Both the position numbers and the translations under genes were made by a program. From Intoshia linei (Eukaryota; Animalia; Orthonectida): a DNA stretch of 40,098 bases. The DNA lies in contig LWCA01000206.1 in assembly GCA_001642005.1 (NCBI GenBank), positions 1 to 40,098 on the forward strand. The letters are read 5' to 3'. Below the pieces are notes generated by a model, which did no database searches, was not told the DNA's origin, and saw nothing but the letters and a program-made list of their open reading frames with translations. This document shows, in pieces, positions 24,470 through 38,484 of this stretch (within the stretch, counting starts at the first letter, position 1; each line of letters opens with the position of its first letter).

Positions 24470-25840
24470 GCTAGTAATTGATAAAAAATTGTCAGACGGT
24501 AATATCTAAATTATAAATTGAAACAATTACATTTCATTACTATTGTACATATTTCATAAAAATTTGGTGTAATTACTAATTACCTTAATTGTATTCATTG
24601 CATTTCAATTAAAAAAGTTTCAAACTTACAAATTTAAATGTATAATATATTATCTAAGCAATTGTAAATACTTACAATTTGTTTAAAATGTCTTGGTTGA
24701 TTGAATATGATGTTGAATAATTAATTCATACCGCTATAGAAAATAATATGGATTAATTGTTATAAGATATTTATGATTGTTACAAAGTAATTGAATTCCG
24801 TGAATTGTGATTGATACAGTCTGTCGTTTAGATTTATAAATAAGTATTGAAATAACAATATAGATTTATAATTGTTGTTAATTTATAATCGATCTGTCAG
24901 TACTGAGCTCATGTTTTATGAGTCGTAAAAATTCTATATATTGATACATTAATGTTGTCATTGTTTTTCAATATTTGCGTGAATAGTATTGCCAATTTAA
25001 ATTTTTATTAATCCAACTGTTACCTGTAATTTAACCTTATAGGACAATTCCTAATTAGAAATTTGATTAATTATTTTTAATTTATTTACATATTAGCATT
25101 GCTAAATGGCATTGTTCAAATGAAATGAAATAATCAGACAATAAATAAATGTCAATATATCACATACATATATAATATAATATACATTTTTATTTTATAA
25201 CTGTACTTACGTATTGTTTGTGAAATGAACCGAACAAAATTGAGTAAAACTGAATGTTAATTGTATAATATTTTTACTTTTTCTAATTATGACATTTATT
25301 ACTTACTTGTTTGTATAAAGTTCAATATTTATGTTTTTTTTGCAATCAACTAATTGTCCTAAAATTTAAGACAATTTTTATGTTGACGATTATTATAAAT
25401 TTCACTTAGAATTTTGCATCTTACCAATTAAAAACGCACATTACCATTTAATGAACGCAGTATATTGCAAAATTAAATTGAAAACTAAGCATCGTAAAAT
25501 TTTATATATGTAGAATATTTATGCTAATTATAATTATAGTAATATTTTTTACCGACAATTCATAATGTAGGTATGAATCTCTATAATTAAAATTTAGTTA
25601 CATTTTTTGATTATTGAAATAATTTAAAATAAAATTTGTAATTATAGATTTTCAAATTTAATTTGAATTTATCTCATATGAATTTGATAATAATTTACAA
25701 TGTTAAACAATGTTATTTTCAAACCAAAAATTTACATTAGAAATAGAACATGGTTACAAAATTTAATCCAGTGTCATCAACTTAATTAGTTGAATATAAA
25801 ATGTTAAGTTTATATGACAAAATTTTTATTTATATATTTA

Positions 25841-28800
25841 TTAACAATTAATGTCTAACAAAATTGAAACTAAAGAATTTATAAATCCCTTGATACCAAT
25901 AATGGAATTAATATCAAGATTGTTTGTATGATATGCATGGGCAAAATCAATTAACTTTACATGAACTATTGGAGTTTGTACAAAACTTTGGATATAGTAT
26001 TGAGCTATATTGGACAAAGATTCAAAGTATTTAGGATTTAGATAAACTGTTGAACTTTTGTGAACAGATTGATTTTCGAAATTTTCTAAAATATATGAAA
26101 CATTTTTTTGATGGTTTGAATAAGTTGATATTTGGTGAGATGTATATCCATTACTTGCTTTACCATTAAAATTTTCCGTGATTGTTGAAATTTGTTTACT
26201 GCTGAATATTATCAATATTGATGCACTAACAAAAGAAAAAAAGTTTTGCTCACTAAACCAAGCATACAAATCTAAAAGTTTTGACAGAACAGATGATAAT
26301 ATAAATTTGTTTATTGATATTTTTTGTTGATGGTGGATTGAAAAGAATTGTGACAAAACTAAATTTTTAAATAATTATACACAATAAATCGTTATTTGCA
26401 AAAAAATGAAAATTATGCCAAAATAATATGTGTCTAAAGTCTGTAATTATTTTTGAGAAAACTGACAGTCCCAAAAATTAAAAAAAATACTAGTTATTTA
26501 TTCCAGCGCAAAAAGTGAGATAAAATTCAAATTGCCACGTTCACGGTCAAAACCCCAAACTATCCTTTTTTAAAAATTAAAAAACCACACCTCGTCATTT
26601 CCAGAAAATAATAAATTTTCATAAATAAAAAATTTTGAATTTCACAAAGTTAAGCTCAATAACCCACATATTGGTTATTGTACTTTGAAAATTACCAGGT
26701 CTCTGTGACTGTTGAAGAAAATTTAAAATCCCTGATTAAAAAGTTGTAATATTTTAATTGTGATAACCGCTGACATTAAGATAGTTTACCTTGGTTAACC
26801 TTTGTCAATGATAATGCGCGACCAGTTTTTGAATCTAATTTAACTACATTATCGTTTGCATACATCTACATAAATAAATTATACAAATAAAATAATTATA
26901 TATTAGTCATCATTCATGTACCCTTAAATTAGCCAATTTACATGGTTTTAAAATGTTCACGTGTTTAAGTTTTGTAGACTACACTAAAAAAAGTTTATGA
27001 ACCACTGTCATAGGCAAATATTTCTCAAGTGATACACTAGTGCGCTCATCCAAAAATTGATATATAAAAATATTTATAAAACGAATCATATTTATTAACG
27101 AAATCAAATCTGCTTTCATATTGAGCTGATAAACGTATTGCGGTCTATACCGTGATATCTATGTTTTTCTATATCTACCTTTAAACCGCAACATTGGAAT
27201 TTGCGCCTGCTTATTTATTTTATAGATGGTGCTCCCAATATAAAAAAGTTGAGAGATAACGTGTTTTTTCATATAACTTATCATTGATGACTAATATAAT
27301 AAATAACTAACTAACTCGATACTTATAAGAATGTATATTCAAATTTAATATCAATATTACCTGCATGCCAATCAATTGAAATCCTAAATTTAATATATAT
27401 GATAAAATCATATGAATGGTTATTATCATTGTAAAAATAACAATTTCAAAATCTAACAGTCTAAGTCAGTACTACTGACTCATTAGGTCGCATGCCGCCA
27501 AATGTACCTTGATATTCATACTCATACTAATGTGAGGCTCACTCACAAGGTCACAATTTCTATTCTAGCCTCTAAAATCAAACTAAACAATATCTTATTA
27601 TGGTGTGTGGACAAAATGTCCCAGATTCAAAATGTCCTATGGGACATAATGTCCTAGGGACGTAATGTCCCTAAAATGAATTATTTGTTAATAATAAAAT
27701 AATAATAATGTAACGAATTATTATACGGAATGAATTTAATAGTTTCTATAGTCATCCCATAAAAATAAATGCATACTAAGTTAATTGACTATCAAAATAT
27801 CGCAGAGGATTTATTATTGTTCATTAACCGCGTTGTTTAAAATTTAATAATTTATAGAAAATGTAATATTATTTATAACAAAAATTAAATTATCTTGAGC
27901 TAAATGGAATTAGTGAAATAACAAAAAGCTACAATTAAAACATTTTTAAGATATAAGTCTCAATTAGATAATAACGATCGGATTGTTAGTCTTAGGTTTT
28001 TTACTGACCTTTCCTTGCTTTTGCTTTTATACTACTGATATTTTATAATATTGTTCAAATTAAAATTATTCATTATATCAGTAATATTCTATTCAATTTC
28101 ATTGTTATCCTTCAACCCATCGTTTAATTATAATTATTCCTCTTATCTAAAAATTATAATCGTCCCACTACATGGTCGTTTGAATGCATATATTTTATAT
28201 TTATTTATTTTATAAATCAAGCACAGTCTGGGACATTTTGTCCTTGGGATATTTCCAGTTTTGAATGAACAATATAATATTTAAAACAAATTAAATTTGC
28301 GCAAATGTTAGTTAATGGAACATAGTCGAATTTTAATAATTGATATTTTAATAGCACGTTTTGAGAAATACTGCGTAATAGAATATTATTCTGCATAACT
28401 TATGCAATACAATTGATTAATCGTATTAAAATACATTTTATTTAGTTCACACTGAACATTTATCGTATAATAGTAGTATAATAGTACATAATAGAGTCGA
28501 AACTTAATGATAATGATTTTTAATGATACACAGAGGACGTTGAACTGAAAACGTGATAATAATTAATTTAGCCTTACTTCAAAAATATAAATAGTATAAG
28601 TTACTAAAAATGTGTCCGTGTGAGTAACCATTTATTTAGAAAACTACCAATCCCAGAAATGAAAAAACTAAAATTGCAAGTCTTTTTTTTCCGGGCAGAA
28701 AGTAACATAAATGTTACTCCCAAAAATTTGTATCTTCAAGTTCAAAAACAGAATTTACGGCTTTTTATAAAAAATGAAAAAAAACAAATAAGTCATCAAT

Positions 28801-30428
28801 TTATTATGTGAAATTCACATCCTCACAATCAAAACCCTAAATTACGCATTATTTCAAAAAATAAAAAAAAACTATGACACAGATTAAACAAACATACAAA
28901 AAGCATATAACTTGCTGAAAAAGTTAATATCCGAAATGAATACCTTCAGAATGAAAAAAATGGCTTTTTTTATTTGCAAATTATTTAATTTAAATAAAAA
29001 ATCATGGATGACTTTTCATCATGTAGGTGTACGTTTCTGAGTCTAGTATTTAAGACAATGCTAATGATTTTAAAAAAAAGGGCAAATTGGATTTTTCACC
29101 TTGAAGGACTTAAATTCGAAAAATAAAACTTAGACATAAACATTACCTGCAACAAAAATGTATTAAAAATTGGGTTATTTTAAATTTTAAGATTGTTCAT
29201 TTTTTAAACAAACGGTAACAAACCAAAACACACATACATTAAATTTTATATAAGTAAAGGATGAAAGGATGACAATGTTCATAATTTTAAAATCTGTATC
29301 AATATATATTTAAAAAAAATTATAGTACTCATTTTATTTTTCAAAAAAAGGAAAATTTGGGTTTTTTATCCTCTGAACGACACTATTCTGCAAAATGAAA
29401 TTTGCGATCAAACCTGACTTTCAAAAAATGATATTATAAATTGGTTTTTTTAAAAGTGTACACCAGGGTTTCAAGTCATTTTTTCCCGTTCACATTTTGC
29501 ATGACGCTTAACGCGCCATCGAATTATATAAATAAAGATTATAAAAGTGACAAACAAAACATTGCATTGTACTGCATAGTGAATAGTATAACGCAAACGA
29601 AATGTCAGAATGGTAAAATTGCAAATACATAATTGTAATATGCATAATCAATTGTAAATTTGACTTTTTGTAACGACTTATAATGCTAAACTAAAAATGT
29701 CACGTATCAAATACGGAATGATTACATAATAAACAACAATAAAACACAAACACAAATCAATATAAAATTGTGCCATCATTTCACACCTGCGTTGCATTAA
29801 TCAATTGCATCATTCAATAAAATAATGAAATAAAATACCGGTATATGCCAAATAATCACACTTGTATCGCGATCGTTTAATTTTGTAAATATTAGCCTTA
29901 GGATCGACGAGAAGTGGACCAATTTTCAAATCAAGTATATTTGGTTCTTCAATATTTGTAAATAAATTTTCAAGTTTAATATACGTATCTAAATTTATTC
30001 TTAAAGATTGATTTCAATTGAACTAAATATTACAATTCTGAATACGTTCAGTGCCATAATAACCTGGAACAAAAGTTTTGAGTTTTTTAATTAAATACTT
30101 TTCTTCTTTATTTTTAGCAACATATTCATTGATAAATTTGTAAAATTGGTGTTCTCGAATTCCTCTCTCGTAACTTTGAATAACTTTTAAAAGCTTACCA
30201 CACTTTGTCAAAAGAAATGCTAAATATGGTTAATACAATACATTACTCGTTTATGTAAAAATAAAAATTACCTGGTTGTTTGGTGTTTCTTTTAATTTTG
30301 TGCCCTGCAACTTGGTGCTTCATGGGTACAAAATCACATTGATATTTTCTTGGCTTGGATTCATTTTTTTTACATGCACAAATTTCGGAAAGGGTCTGGT
30401 TGGACAAATGTATACTATTATCATTCAT
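25841..30428 (-). CDS. IPMK: Inositol polyphosphate multikinase (IPK family)
   Basis: Motifs HQVAGH, FVPGYYG, YIKLENL, PNILDLKIG (PxxxDxKxG), GFQLIGMQ, WFSEQ..FVSASILII (SSLL) and VKLIDFAH. Exons approximately 30428-30272, 30218-30033, 29988-29839, 27383-27361, 26865-26790 and 26358-25841. Confidence 0.93.
27602..28260. mobile_element. Mutator(MULE)-like non-autonomous element with palindromic subterminal repeats
   Basis: GGACAAAATGTCC-type units occur four times at 27609-27671; the inverted match TCTGGGACATTTTGTCC is at 28227-28243. Confidence 0.6.
28610..29460. mobile_element. Cluster of Helitron-like family fragments in both orientations within an IPMK intron
   Basis: gtaaccatttattt at 28624 (+); aaagggcaaattggatttttcacc and aaacggtaac..acatacattaaattttatata at 29078-29252 (-); a further unit near 29345. 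Confidence 0.55.
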
Positions 30429-31379
30429 ACGACTACAATAAATGTTATTTCAATGACATTGTGAATATTTACATACAAGTGTTCAATTTTATGTAAAATT
30501 TTAATACAATGAATATGTTAACATTAACGTTAATAAAATGAATTTAGTATTGTAGATTACTGTTACGAGTTCTGAATATAATACATGTGACAGTTGTAAT
30601 AAAATTAAGTAAATATGAATTTAGTACAATTACATAATTTATATCAAAACATAATCCATTTCTATGATGACAAATTGATATCAAATATTACTTTTTGTTG
30701 CTTTAGTTCATCAAGCCATTATTCTATCATCAAGCTATATCAAACTATTTTTATATATTTTTATAGATTCCAGTTTCACAAGTATATTGACACTGAAGGT
30801 GGATTTAGTGTAAATAAGTGTGATTCGAGACATGATAATATCTTATCACTTTTATTTTGAAGTATAAATATGTAAAGTTCAGTTTATCTTTAATTTGTAT
30901 CGACAAACATAATTTGAAATTTTATACACTAATTCTAATTTTAAAATAATTATTTTTCCTGTTTTATTCATTTTAAGATTGAATAGAAAAGTAAATATTA
31001 AATATATGCGAAGGTCAAGATGATTTCATGATGAAATTCAGTTTCAGAATTTAATCAATTTTTCAAAATGACAATCATAATTCTGAGCTACCAAAAATAA
31101 AATTTATTCGAGTAAAAATTTTCATATGCCGTAGATGTGCAATGTACCCGGTCAATCACAAGGTTTTTACGATGCTAATTTACATGATATTCATTTTAAA
31201 CGTTTAGTTGGGATTTTTAGAATATTTATTAAAACATGATAGATTGAAAACTTGACACTAAGACTTGAGAATCTTAAAAACTCTATGTAAATCATTGCAA
31301 CATGAAACTTTGAAATTTTCTATTGGGTCATCATTGATGACTCATCAAACATAAGCAATCTTCCTAAATATATGGGTAA

Positions 31380-32335
31380 TGATATAGAAATACTTTTCAA
31401 CAACAGTCATAAATGTTGAATTCAATTTAAAGTCACTTGTCGTAAATGTGAGCCTCAGAAATTTAGATCTTCTTGGTCAAAACCAAAATTACCCTAATTT
31501 TTAAAATGAAAAAAGTGCAGGAATTTTATAAAACATACATCGTGTGATATTTTTTACAAACATAAGAATTATCATTAATGGGAACCTCAATAAAGTGCAT
31601 TTTCATGAACAAACCGCATATTACCCTTTTTTTAAAAAATGAAAATAATCTTTGAATTTTACAAAAAATTACGGCTCATACAGTTATCTCCAGTTAACAC
31701 ACACAAAAAAATTTTATCTGGCAAACTGAAACCTGCACGGTCAGATAAGCACTTTGGTATTCATTGTTTTTTATTTATTGTAGTAACTATTTTATTAAAA
31801 AAAAAAAAGATTATTATGATACAGCTTATTTTAGTTAATATATATGCAAAATTTCAACCCCAGAAATCTATGCAGTCCCGGTATTATTGAAATGTTTCGA
31901 TTTAAAGTTAAAATGTAAATAGTCATCCTTCAATTTAAAAAAGAGGAATTGAATGTATAAACATTTAAATTTTAAAATACAAAAATATGGTTTTCAATCT
32001 CAAAAGTTGATTCCTTCTGTTTTTTTATCATTTCTATGTAGTTTCTCATTTTCAAAAAATAGCAAAGTTTAAAATCGAAGCAATTACTAAATTACTAAAA
32101 TACGAATAATCAAAATATTCCATGACATTATTACGATAGACATTTAAAATTTTATTTTTTCTGGGATTCATGTTTTTTATGACGATTTTTTAGGGTTGTA
32201 AATTTGATTATTTTTAAAATCAAACACTAATTTTCTAATAAATTAAAAAATCGGTCTTAAAATTAAAAATCCAGCCCTCGGCAGAACTAGTCGCTGTTTG
32301 TACGAAACACATGACAGTCAATAGTAATATAATAA
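31380..32335 (+). mobile_element. Helitron-like family copy, near full length
   Basis: ggtcaaaaccaaaattaccc unit, ccagaaatctatgcagtcccggt segment, and 3' ccctcggcag...gctgtttgtacgaaacacatgacag, which matches the reversed 23193-23250 end. Confidence 0.65.
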
Positions 32336-32522
32336 GATTATAAATACAAGATATATTGTTTACATTATTGTTTACGTAGCGACAAGTCATTGAATCATTC
32401 AAACGGAATTAAATCACATGATAATGTATGAAATAGAAAATTATATTAGGAATAGTATTATAATTATTTCACATGAATCAACATTAAATTTCTTTGACGA
32501 CAAATCATTCAAGTGATGATGA

Positions 32523-35500
32523 ATGTCGATTTACAACGATATCATAAAATTAAGTAGATATATATTAACATGGAGGTTATTTTATATAGTAATATTATTA
32601 ACATGTATAAAATGGAGACATCATTCTGAAACCTTGTCTGAACATTACCGTAGAATAGTACATGTAAACAAATTGTTAAGAGAAAGCGATGATTCCTATA
32701 AAATTAATGTTGACATTAGTGACAAAATTGGACCCATCAGAAAAATTTCATACAACGGTTGTATTTATTATAAAAATTATACATCAACATTGAAAATAAG
32801 CATTATTTTGACAATACATAATGAAGCTTTATCAGTTGTTCTAAGGACACTTGAATCAATAAGAATAAATACCAATGTTGATAATTTAAAGGAAATTATT
32901 ATAGTTGATGATAAAAGTACAACTTTAGATTTTGTTTCGTATGACACCCTTGAATCGAATGATAAATTTAAAGTTTTAAAAGAAAGTATACTTTTCACTA
33001 AAACTCAATTAGATTTGTTATTGGGTGGTGATGTTAGTTTTGAATCATTTTTGGTTCATTTACATAATGTTAAATTTATAAGAAACAAAAATAGGATTGG
33101 TTTGATTAAATCTAGAATAGTTGGAGCAGATGCTGCCAAAGGTGACGTTCTTGTATTTATGGATGCTCATATTGAATGTTTGATGGGGTGGGAAAAACCA
33201 ATTTTGCATGTAATTGAATTTAATCCAACTATGATTGTTCAACCTACAGTGGATGAAATTTCTCCAATCACTTTAGAATATCAAATTATGAATCCTTACA
33301 TGTTGACTGGAGGTATATCTTGGGATTTACGGTAATTTATAGTACTTTATAGTGTAGTATCAATTTATTTATTAAAAATCAAATTATACACATGAGAAAC
33401 CGAATCTACCGTGAATTTTCAATTGTTACAATTGCATACTTTGTAATAACAGGATACTCTTGATTAACCGATTAATGAGTCATCTTATGAGATATACAGC
33501 CTTAGTATATGCAAGTTTAAATTATATTCTACTTATTAATATTATTGTAGTGATACAGTATGCAGAGTCAGTGAAGTGTTCAGTATACTAGGCCCCAGAA
33601 ATAAGTATTTATTAAATAGATTTTTATTTTTGTAATAGTCGTCACAGTAATATAATCATAAGTTTTGTATGCCACTTATTTACAAAAATGTTTGAAATGC
33701 ATGACAGGCAAAATCAGTACGATTCTTAGTTATTATGGTAAAATTTGTATTTCAACGGAACAATGATAATTTGAATTGATAAATATTGAATTGATGAATT
33801 GATATACTGTTTAATGTAATATTTGCGATCTATTTTATACAATCGTATAGGTACGTGTGGATGGAGCCCATGAAAACAAGGTACTTAAATAGATTAATGC
33901 AAAAACATAAACAATTTAACGATACCCTGATACCAACATTATCAATAGTGGGTTGTACCTTTGCAGTTAATCGTCAACATTTTTTTGATATTGGAGGTTT
34001 TGATGGTTATATGAATATATGGGGTGGAGAAAACATTGAAATTTCTTTGAAAAACTGGTTATCAGGTAATGAGGTAAGTATTATAATATTACTATATATG
34101 CATTATTATATATGTATTATATGCTGTACTTCGGAATCAACAGTGAACCCGTGTTCGATTAACATAGTGGGCAAATTCAGTTCAATTTCCATGATTTTTC
34201 CTTGTTTTTCTCTGGAACCTCACTGGAATAACATTTCCCGCATCCTTACGTATTCATTATTGAATATTTTCGTATGTGTAGTAACGATAGAGCAACATTA
34301 GAGTAACTATCGTTAAACTCACTTCATTCTAGAATGAATATATTATGTTAATTCATTTTCTACATGAAATATAATGTTTGGTATATAAGTTTCTAGTAGA
34401 ACACTATTAAAGTTACTGCTAATACTTAATATCATTATCTCGTTACCAAATGTTGTATTTATAACTTCATTTTTGTGAGTTATACACCCGATTACGCTAC
34501 TTGTGTTAATAATAAATGTTACAATAATAATGCGTCACAATTTTAAAAATAGTAACTAATATATAGTTTTATCGTGCTGACTATTTATATCATCATTCAT
34601 ATCTTGAAAATTAGAATTTTAAAAATTTTTCGGTTAATGTTACCTCCAATTTAAAATTAAATCTAAGCAACGTTCAATTTTATAACTAAAATATTGTTTT
34701 AAAATATAATACAAAAATTCAAATACAGTACTTGTATCTAGGTTTCAATGTCTGAAATAAAAGTTTGATTTTTAATAGATTTAAATTAAATCTATTAAAT
34801 TTTAATGAAAGATTTTTTGTAACTATAGATTTTTAATTTTAATTTAAATTTACATTTTGTGAAATTGATTTTTAAATAATATTTTAATCTAATTTAATTA
34901 CACTTTCGATTTTTTGAATAATCTAGATGAAAACTAAATTATAATTCACATTTATTTTTACAAAATAAAAAATAAATCATTATTCGGTAGAAATAAATTT
35001 TATAAAGCTCATCTTGTTTTTGATCCCTAGTGATATGATTTTATTGTAGTGTAACTGACAAAATTCTTTACCACGTAACATTTTTCGAAATCATAAGAAC
35101 GACGATTAGACAGATTACTGTAATTCACCTATAATTTCAACTTATTCACCCTCGGCCAGATAGACAGTAACTAGTGTTTGTATGCAATATAAAACAAAAA
35201 GCTACTGGTATATGAAATTAAAACATTCATATAAACTAATTTAGGTAATGACCAATGCTTGTTCACACGTTGGGCATATATTTAAAGATTTTAGCTATTC
35301 CTTTAATGGCAACAAATTGGAAATTATACAAAAAAATGTAAACATTATAGCAGAAATATATATGGACGAATGGAATAAATATTTTTATGCTGTAACCCAA
35401 TATAAACATGGTGAAATTAACAAAAAGATTCAAAATGACATAAATTATAAAAATTATATAAGAAATCAAAAAATTTTTATAAACTTACGAAAAATTCACA

Positions 35501-36941
35501 ATTTCGATTGGTTGTATCGAAACTTTATACCAAATTATCCTATACCTCAACAGTACATGGTATTATTCGGAGAAGTGTTTACATTAAATTCAAAAACATG
35601 TCTAGACTTGTCTAGTGAACAAATTTACTTTTCAAACTGCTTTCATCATCGACTACAAACTGAAAGTTACTTTTATTTGACAAACGATGGTTATTTTTGT
35701 ATTTATCAAAATCAAAAATGTTTAATGTATGATGGTATGAATGAACATTTTGTTTTTACATCTAATGAACCAGATGAAACAGTAATGTTTAATATTTATA
35801 AATGGAAAAGCACTGTTATTGAATATTCTCAAAATAGTCCTATTGTTACAATTCATCCAATTGGTAAATTTTGAATCATTTATATTATTTAAAATATCTT
35901 TGTCACAACGACAATTCTTTCACTCTTAATTAATGCGTTCATGCATTCATTGACTCGGAAATGAAAATGAACACGCAGTGTATCACTATTTTGCTATGTT
36001 AATTATACTGGAAACTCGATGCCAGCCGAAGATGACAATTGGGTCCTATAAAATGTTACAACAGATGTTTAGTACCAACCTCCCAGATTCTTTACATGAT
36101 ATTTCAAATTTAACACAAAACAGTTACGATGTTCAGAATATATTTTTTTTAATGATCAATTTGGAAAAATGAGGCCCGTTACACAAAAATTTAGTCGAAT
36201 CTACCGAAGAGGATCTCGTGGTACGGTAGGTTCGGAACTGTATATAGGTTCGTTAAAAACTAGATTCTCCTGGGTAGACTACTTTCACGGTTTCTTAAAA
36301 AAATTAGTAACACGTCCGTAATCAATGTCAACATTTGTATCGTTTTTAGGAACTTTTATGATGGATGCAGGGTCCACTCTACCGTATTAACAGTATTACG
36401 TAAGAGAAACCACTTCTGATGACCTCGATGAACTTCTTGGAAATGAGGTTTCTCAATTATTCAAAAACACTACAAAAATTACGTTTTTTAGATGAATGAA
36501 CTTCATTATATTATTATTTATTATATTAATGCTTATTAATACATAGTAACCTTATCATTAATCTATTAGCTACAACGTTATACTTTCAATAACGCCGTTT
36601 TGGTTTTTCGATATTTATGTCGATATTGAGACGTCTTACTGTATACTAGTATTATGATGGCATATTTTTATTTTAACAATTTAGTTTAATACAGTCCATT
36701 ATCTTAGTTATGAGTCAGAACTTATATGAAATGATTACGTTTATTAACATATTTAAACCTATTAATAAATTTATGTATAATTTTTAATTTAGATGATATA
36801 TATGCTTGTCTTTGTTCACCTCTACATGAAAATATAATTATAAATTTATGTCAAATCTGTACTGAATTAGACCCCTTATCGATTTATTGGAAATGGACAT
36901 ATCATATAGATTTCAATTTTACATCTATTAACAATAAATAA
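32523..36941 (+). CDS. Polypeptide N-acetylgalactosaminyltransferase (GT27, type II membrane, ricin-type lectin C-terminus)
   Basis: Exons 32523-33331, 33851-34073, 35245-35863 and 36793-36941. Motifs HNEALSVVLRT, EIIIVDD, GLIKSR..GA, FMDAHIEC (DxH), WGGENIEIS and CSHVGHIF; Cys/Trp lectin-like tail. The last exon is inferred by phase. Confidence 0.9.
35950..36450 (+). pseudogene. Decayed piggyBac (PGBD-like) transposase fragment in a GALNT intron
   Basis: Broken frames give YHYFAMLI, TGNSMPAEDDNW and DQFGKMRPVTQKFSRIY, the last resembling piggyBac DKFxKxRPL. Confidence 0.45.
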
Positions 36942-37171
36942 ATGTAAATAATATATGTTGTAAATATTAATTTGTATTATTTCACTAACTTTTCCATTAA
37001 TAACTTATCTGTTTCTCATGTCAGGTGGACAACACTAATGAATATTTTTGTATATTCATTAGTTAATTCCATTCTAATAGTACACTGGTTTCTGTTTGAT
37101 ATGCATACGGTTAGAGCTTGCAATGTCTCGACAATTTTCGAGAAAAAAATTAACTCATACTATTAGTAATA

Positions 37172-37386
37172 CAGTGAAACCTATACATAAACAAACGATT
37201 TTGAAAATTTAACGACTAATTTGTTTTTTGGAGTATCAAAAAAGCGTGATAAGTGTCATAAGAATTCTATACAACATAAACTGTTGACATGTGAAAATGT
37301 AATAAACAAATTATATTGAATTGATATATTTTTAAAAGCATGATAATTTGTTTATAGAGGGGTTTGTTTATAACGAGGTTTCACTG
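37172..37386. mobile_element. pogo/Tigger-like MITE
   Basis: TA|CAGTGAAACCT ... AGGTTTCACTG|TA. Confidence 0.8.
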
Positions 37387-37929
37387 TACAATAAAAATTT
37401 TTAATTATGGAAAAACTAATGGTACTAACAGTTCCAAAAGTGTTAATATTTTTGAAATAAGAACGGATTACATACTGGTATAAATTGGTTAACTTTAAAA
37501 TATATAAAACACCCAAGTAGGAGAAAAATGCGATTTATTTAACATTTTGTATTATCATAACTTCTATATATTAAATAAGTCCAAGATTAAAGTTATTTTT
37601 GAGACTATAAATATGACAATACACAGTAAATTCAAATATTTTTTATTTTTAAAACTAGTCCACTCATCGAATGATATTTTCCACCATTACATTTTATATT
37701 ACATCGTAGAAATCTTTTCAATTATTTGTCTTCTAATTTTTTCAAAGTAACCATTTACAAGATTAATGACACAGTTTTGAGATATAGGAAAGCCTATTAG
37801 TCTTAAATTTTTTCGAATAAAATTTGATCGGGTAACTTGGTTTATGTTTAGTCCATAGTACGCAACCAATTATTACTTCAACCCTTTCGTGGCTATCATA
37901 ATTTTTTTTTAAATACTATAATACACTTT

Positions 37930-38369
37930 TATATTGGGAATTTTTGTTTGATTTTTTGTTAAGGCCTAACTTTTTCAGATTGGAAAATTTTGTGTGTGTT
38001 AACTGGATATAACAGTATGGTCTATAATTATTTAAAAAATTCTCAGGTTGCTTTCAGTTTTAAAAAAAGTGTAATCTATGGTTTTGACCATGAAAGTGAG
38101 CTTTCTGAGGCTGAGATTTGCGACAATGTTAATGATTTTAAAATGCGTTCCAGAACTTATGTTATTAAATTTTTGGGCTGTTAATATTTATAAAAGAAAG
38201 AACAAATTGAATTTTTGACTCTGAAGGACTCAAATTCTGAAACTTAAAAATAGAGATCAACACGCCCTGCGAAAAACTATATTAAAAATTGGGTCTTTTA
38301 AATTAAACGATTGTTAATTTTTTAAATATACGATAACACAATCACAGACATTCAATTTTATATAAATAG
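37930..38369 (-). mobile_element. Helitron-like family copy with its 5' terminus
   Basis: Minus-strand start TCTATTTATATAAAATTGAATGTCTGTG (a Helitron-like TC start) plus repeat units at ~37935, 38070 and 38200. Confidence 0.65.
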
Positions 38370-38484
38370 AAGATTATTTTATAAATTTTAAATAGAAGTA
38401 TTATTTTGAAGCCAGGCACTAGTTTATTGCCATTTTCGATACAATTAAACCAACATGAATATGCCAAGTAATTATTGTCTTAAT

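Noticed and set aside
31100-31400. hAT transposase remnant (IIDDSSNISN-like)
   Set aside because: Only one short motif is visible, which is too weak to call.
28620-31890. Short ORFs 28620-28811, 29441-29632, 30615-30860 and 31639-31890
   Set aside because: They fall in repeats or AT-rich spacers and have no recognisable motifs.
34770-34810. AT-only hairpin, and similar palindromes at 28380-28410
   Set aside because: These are expected by chance at this AT content.
36350-36450. Alternative GALNT terminal exon (GTFMMDAGSTLPY*)
   Set aside because: It lies within apparent piggyBac debris, and exon 36793-36941 completes the lectin-like domain better.
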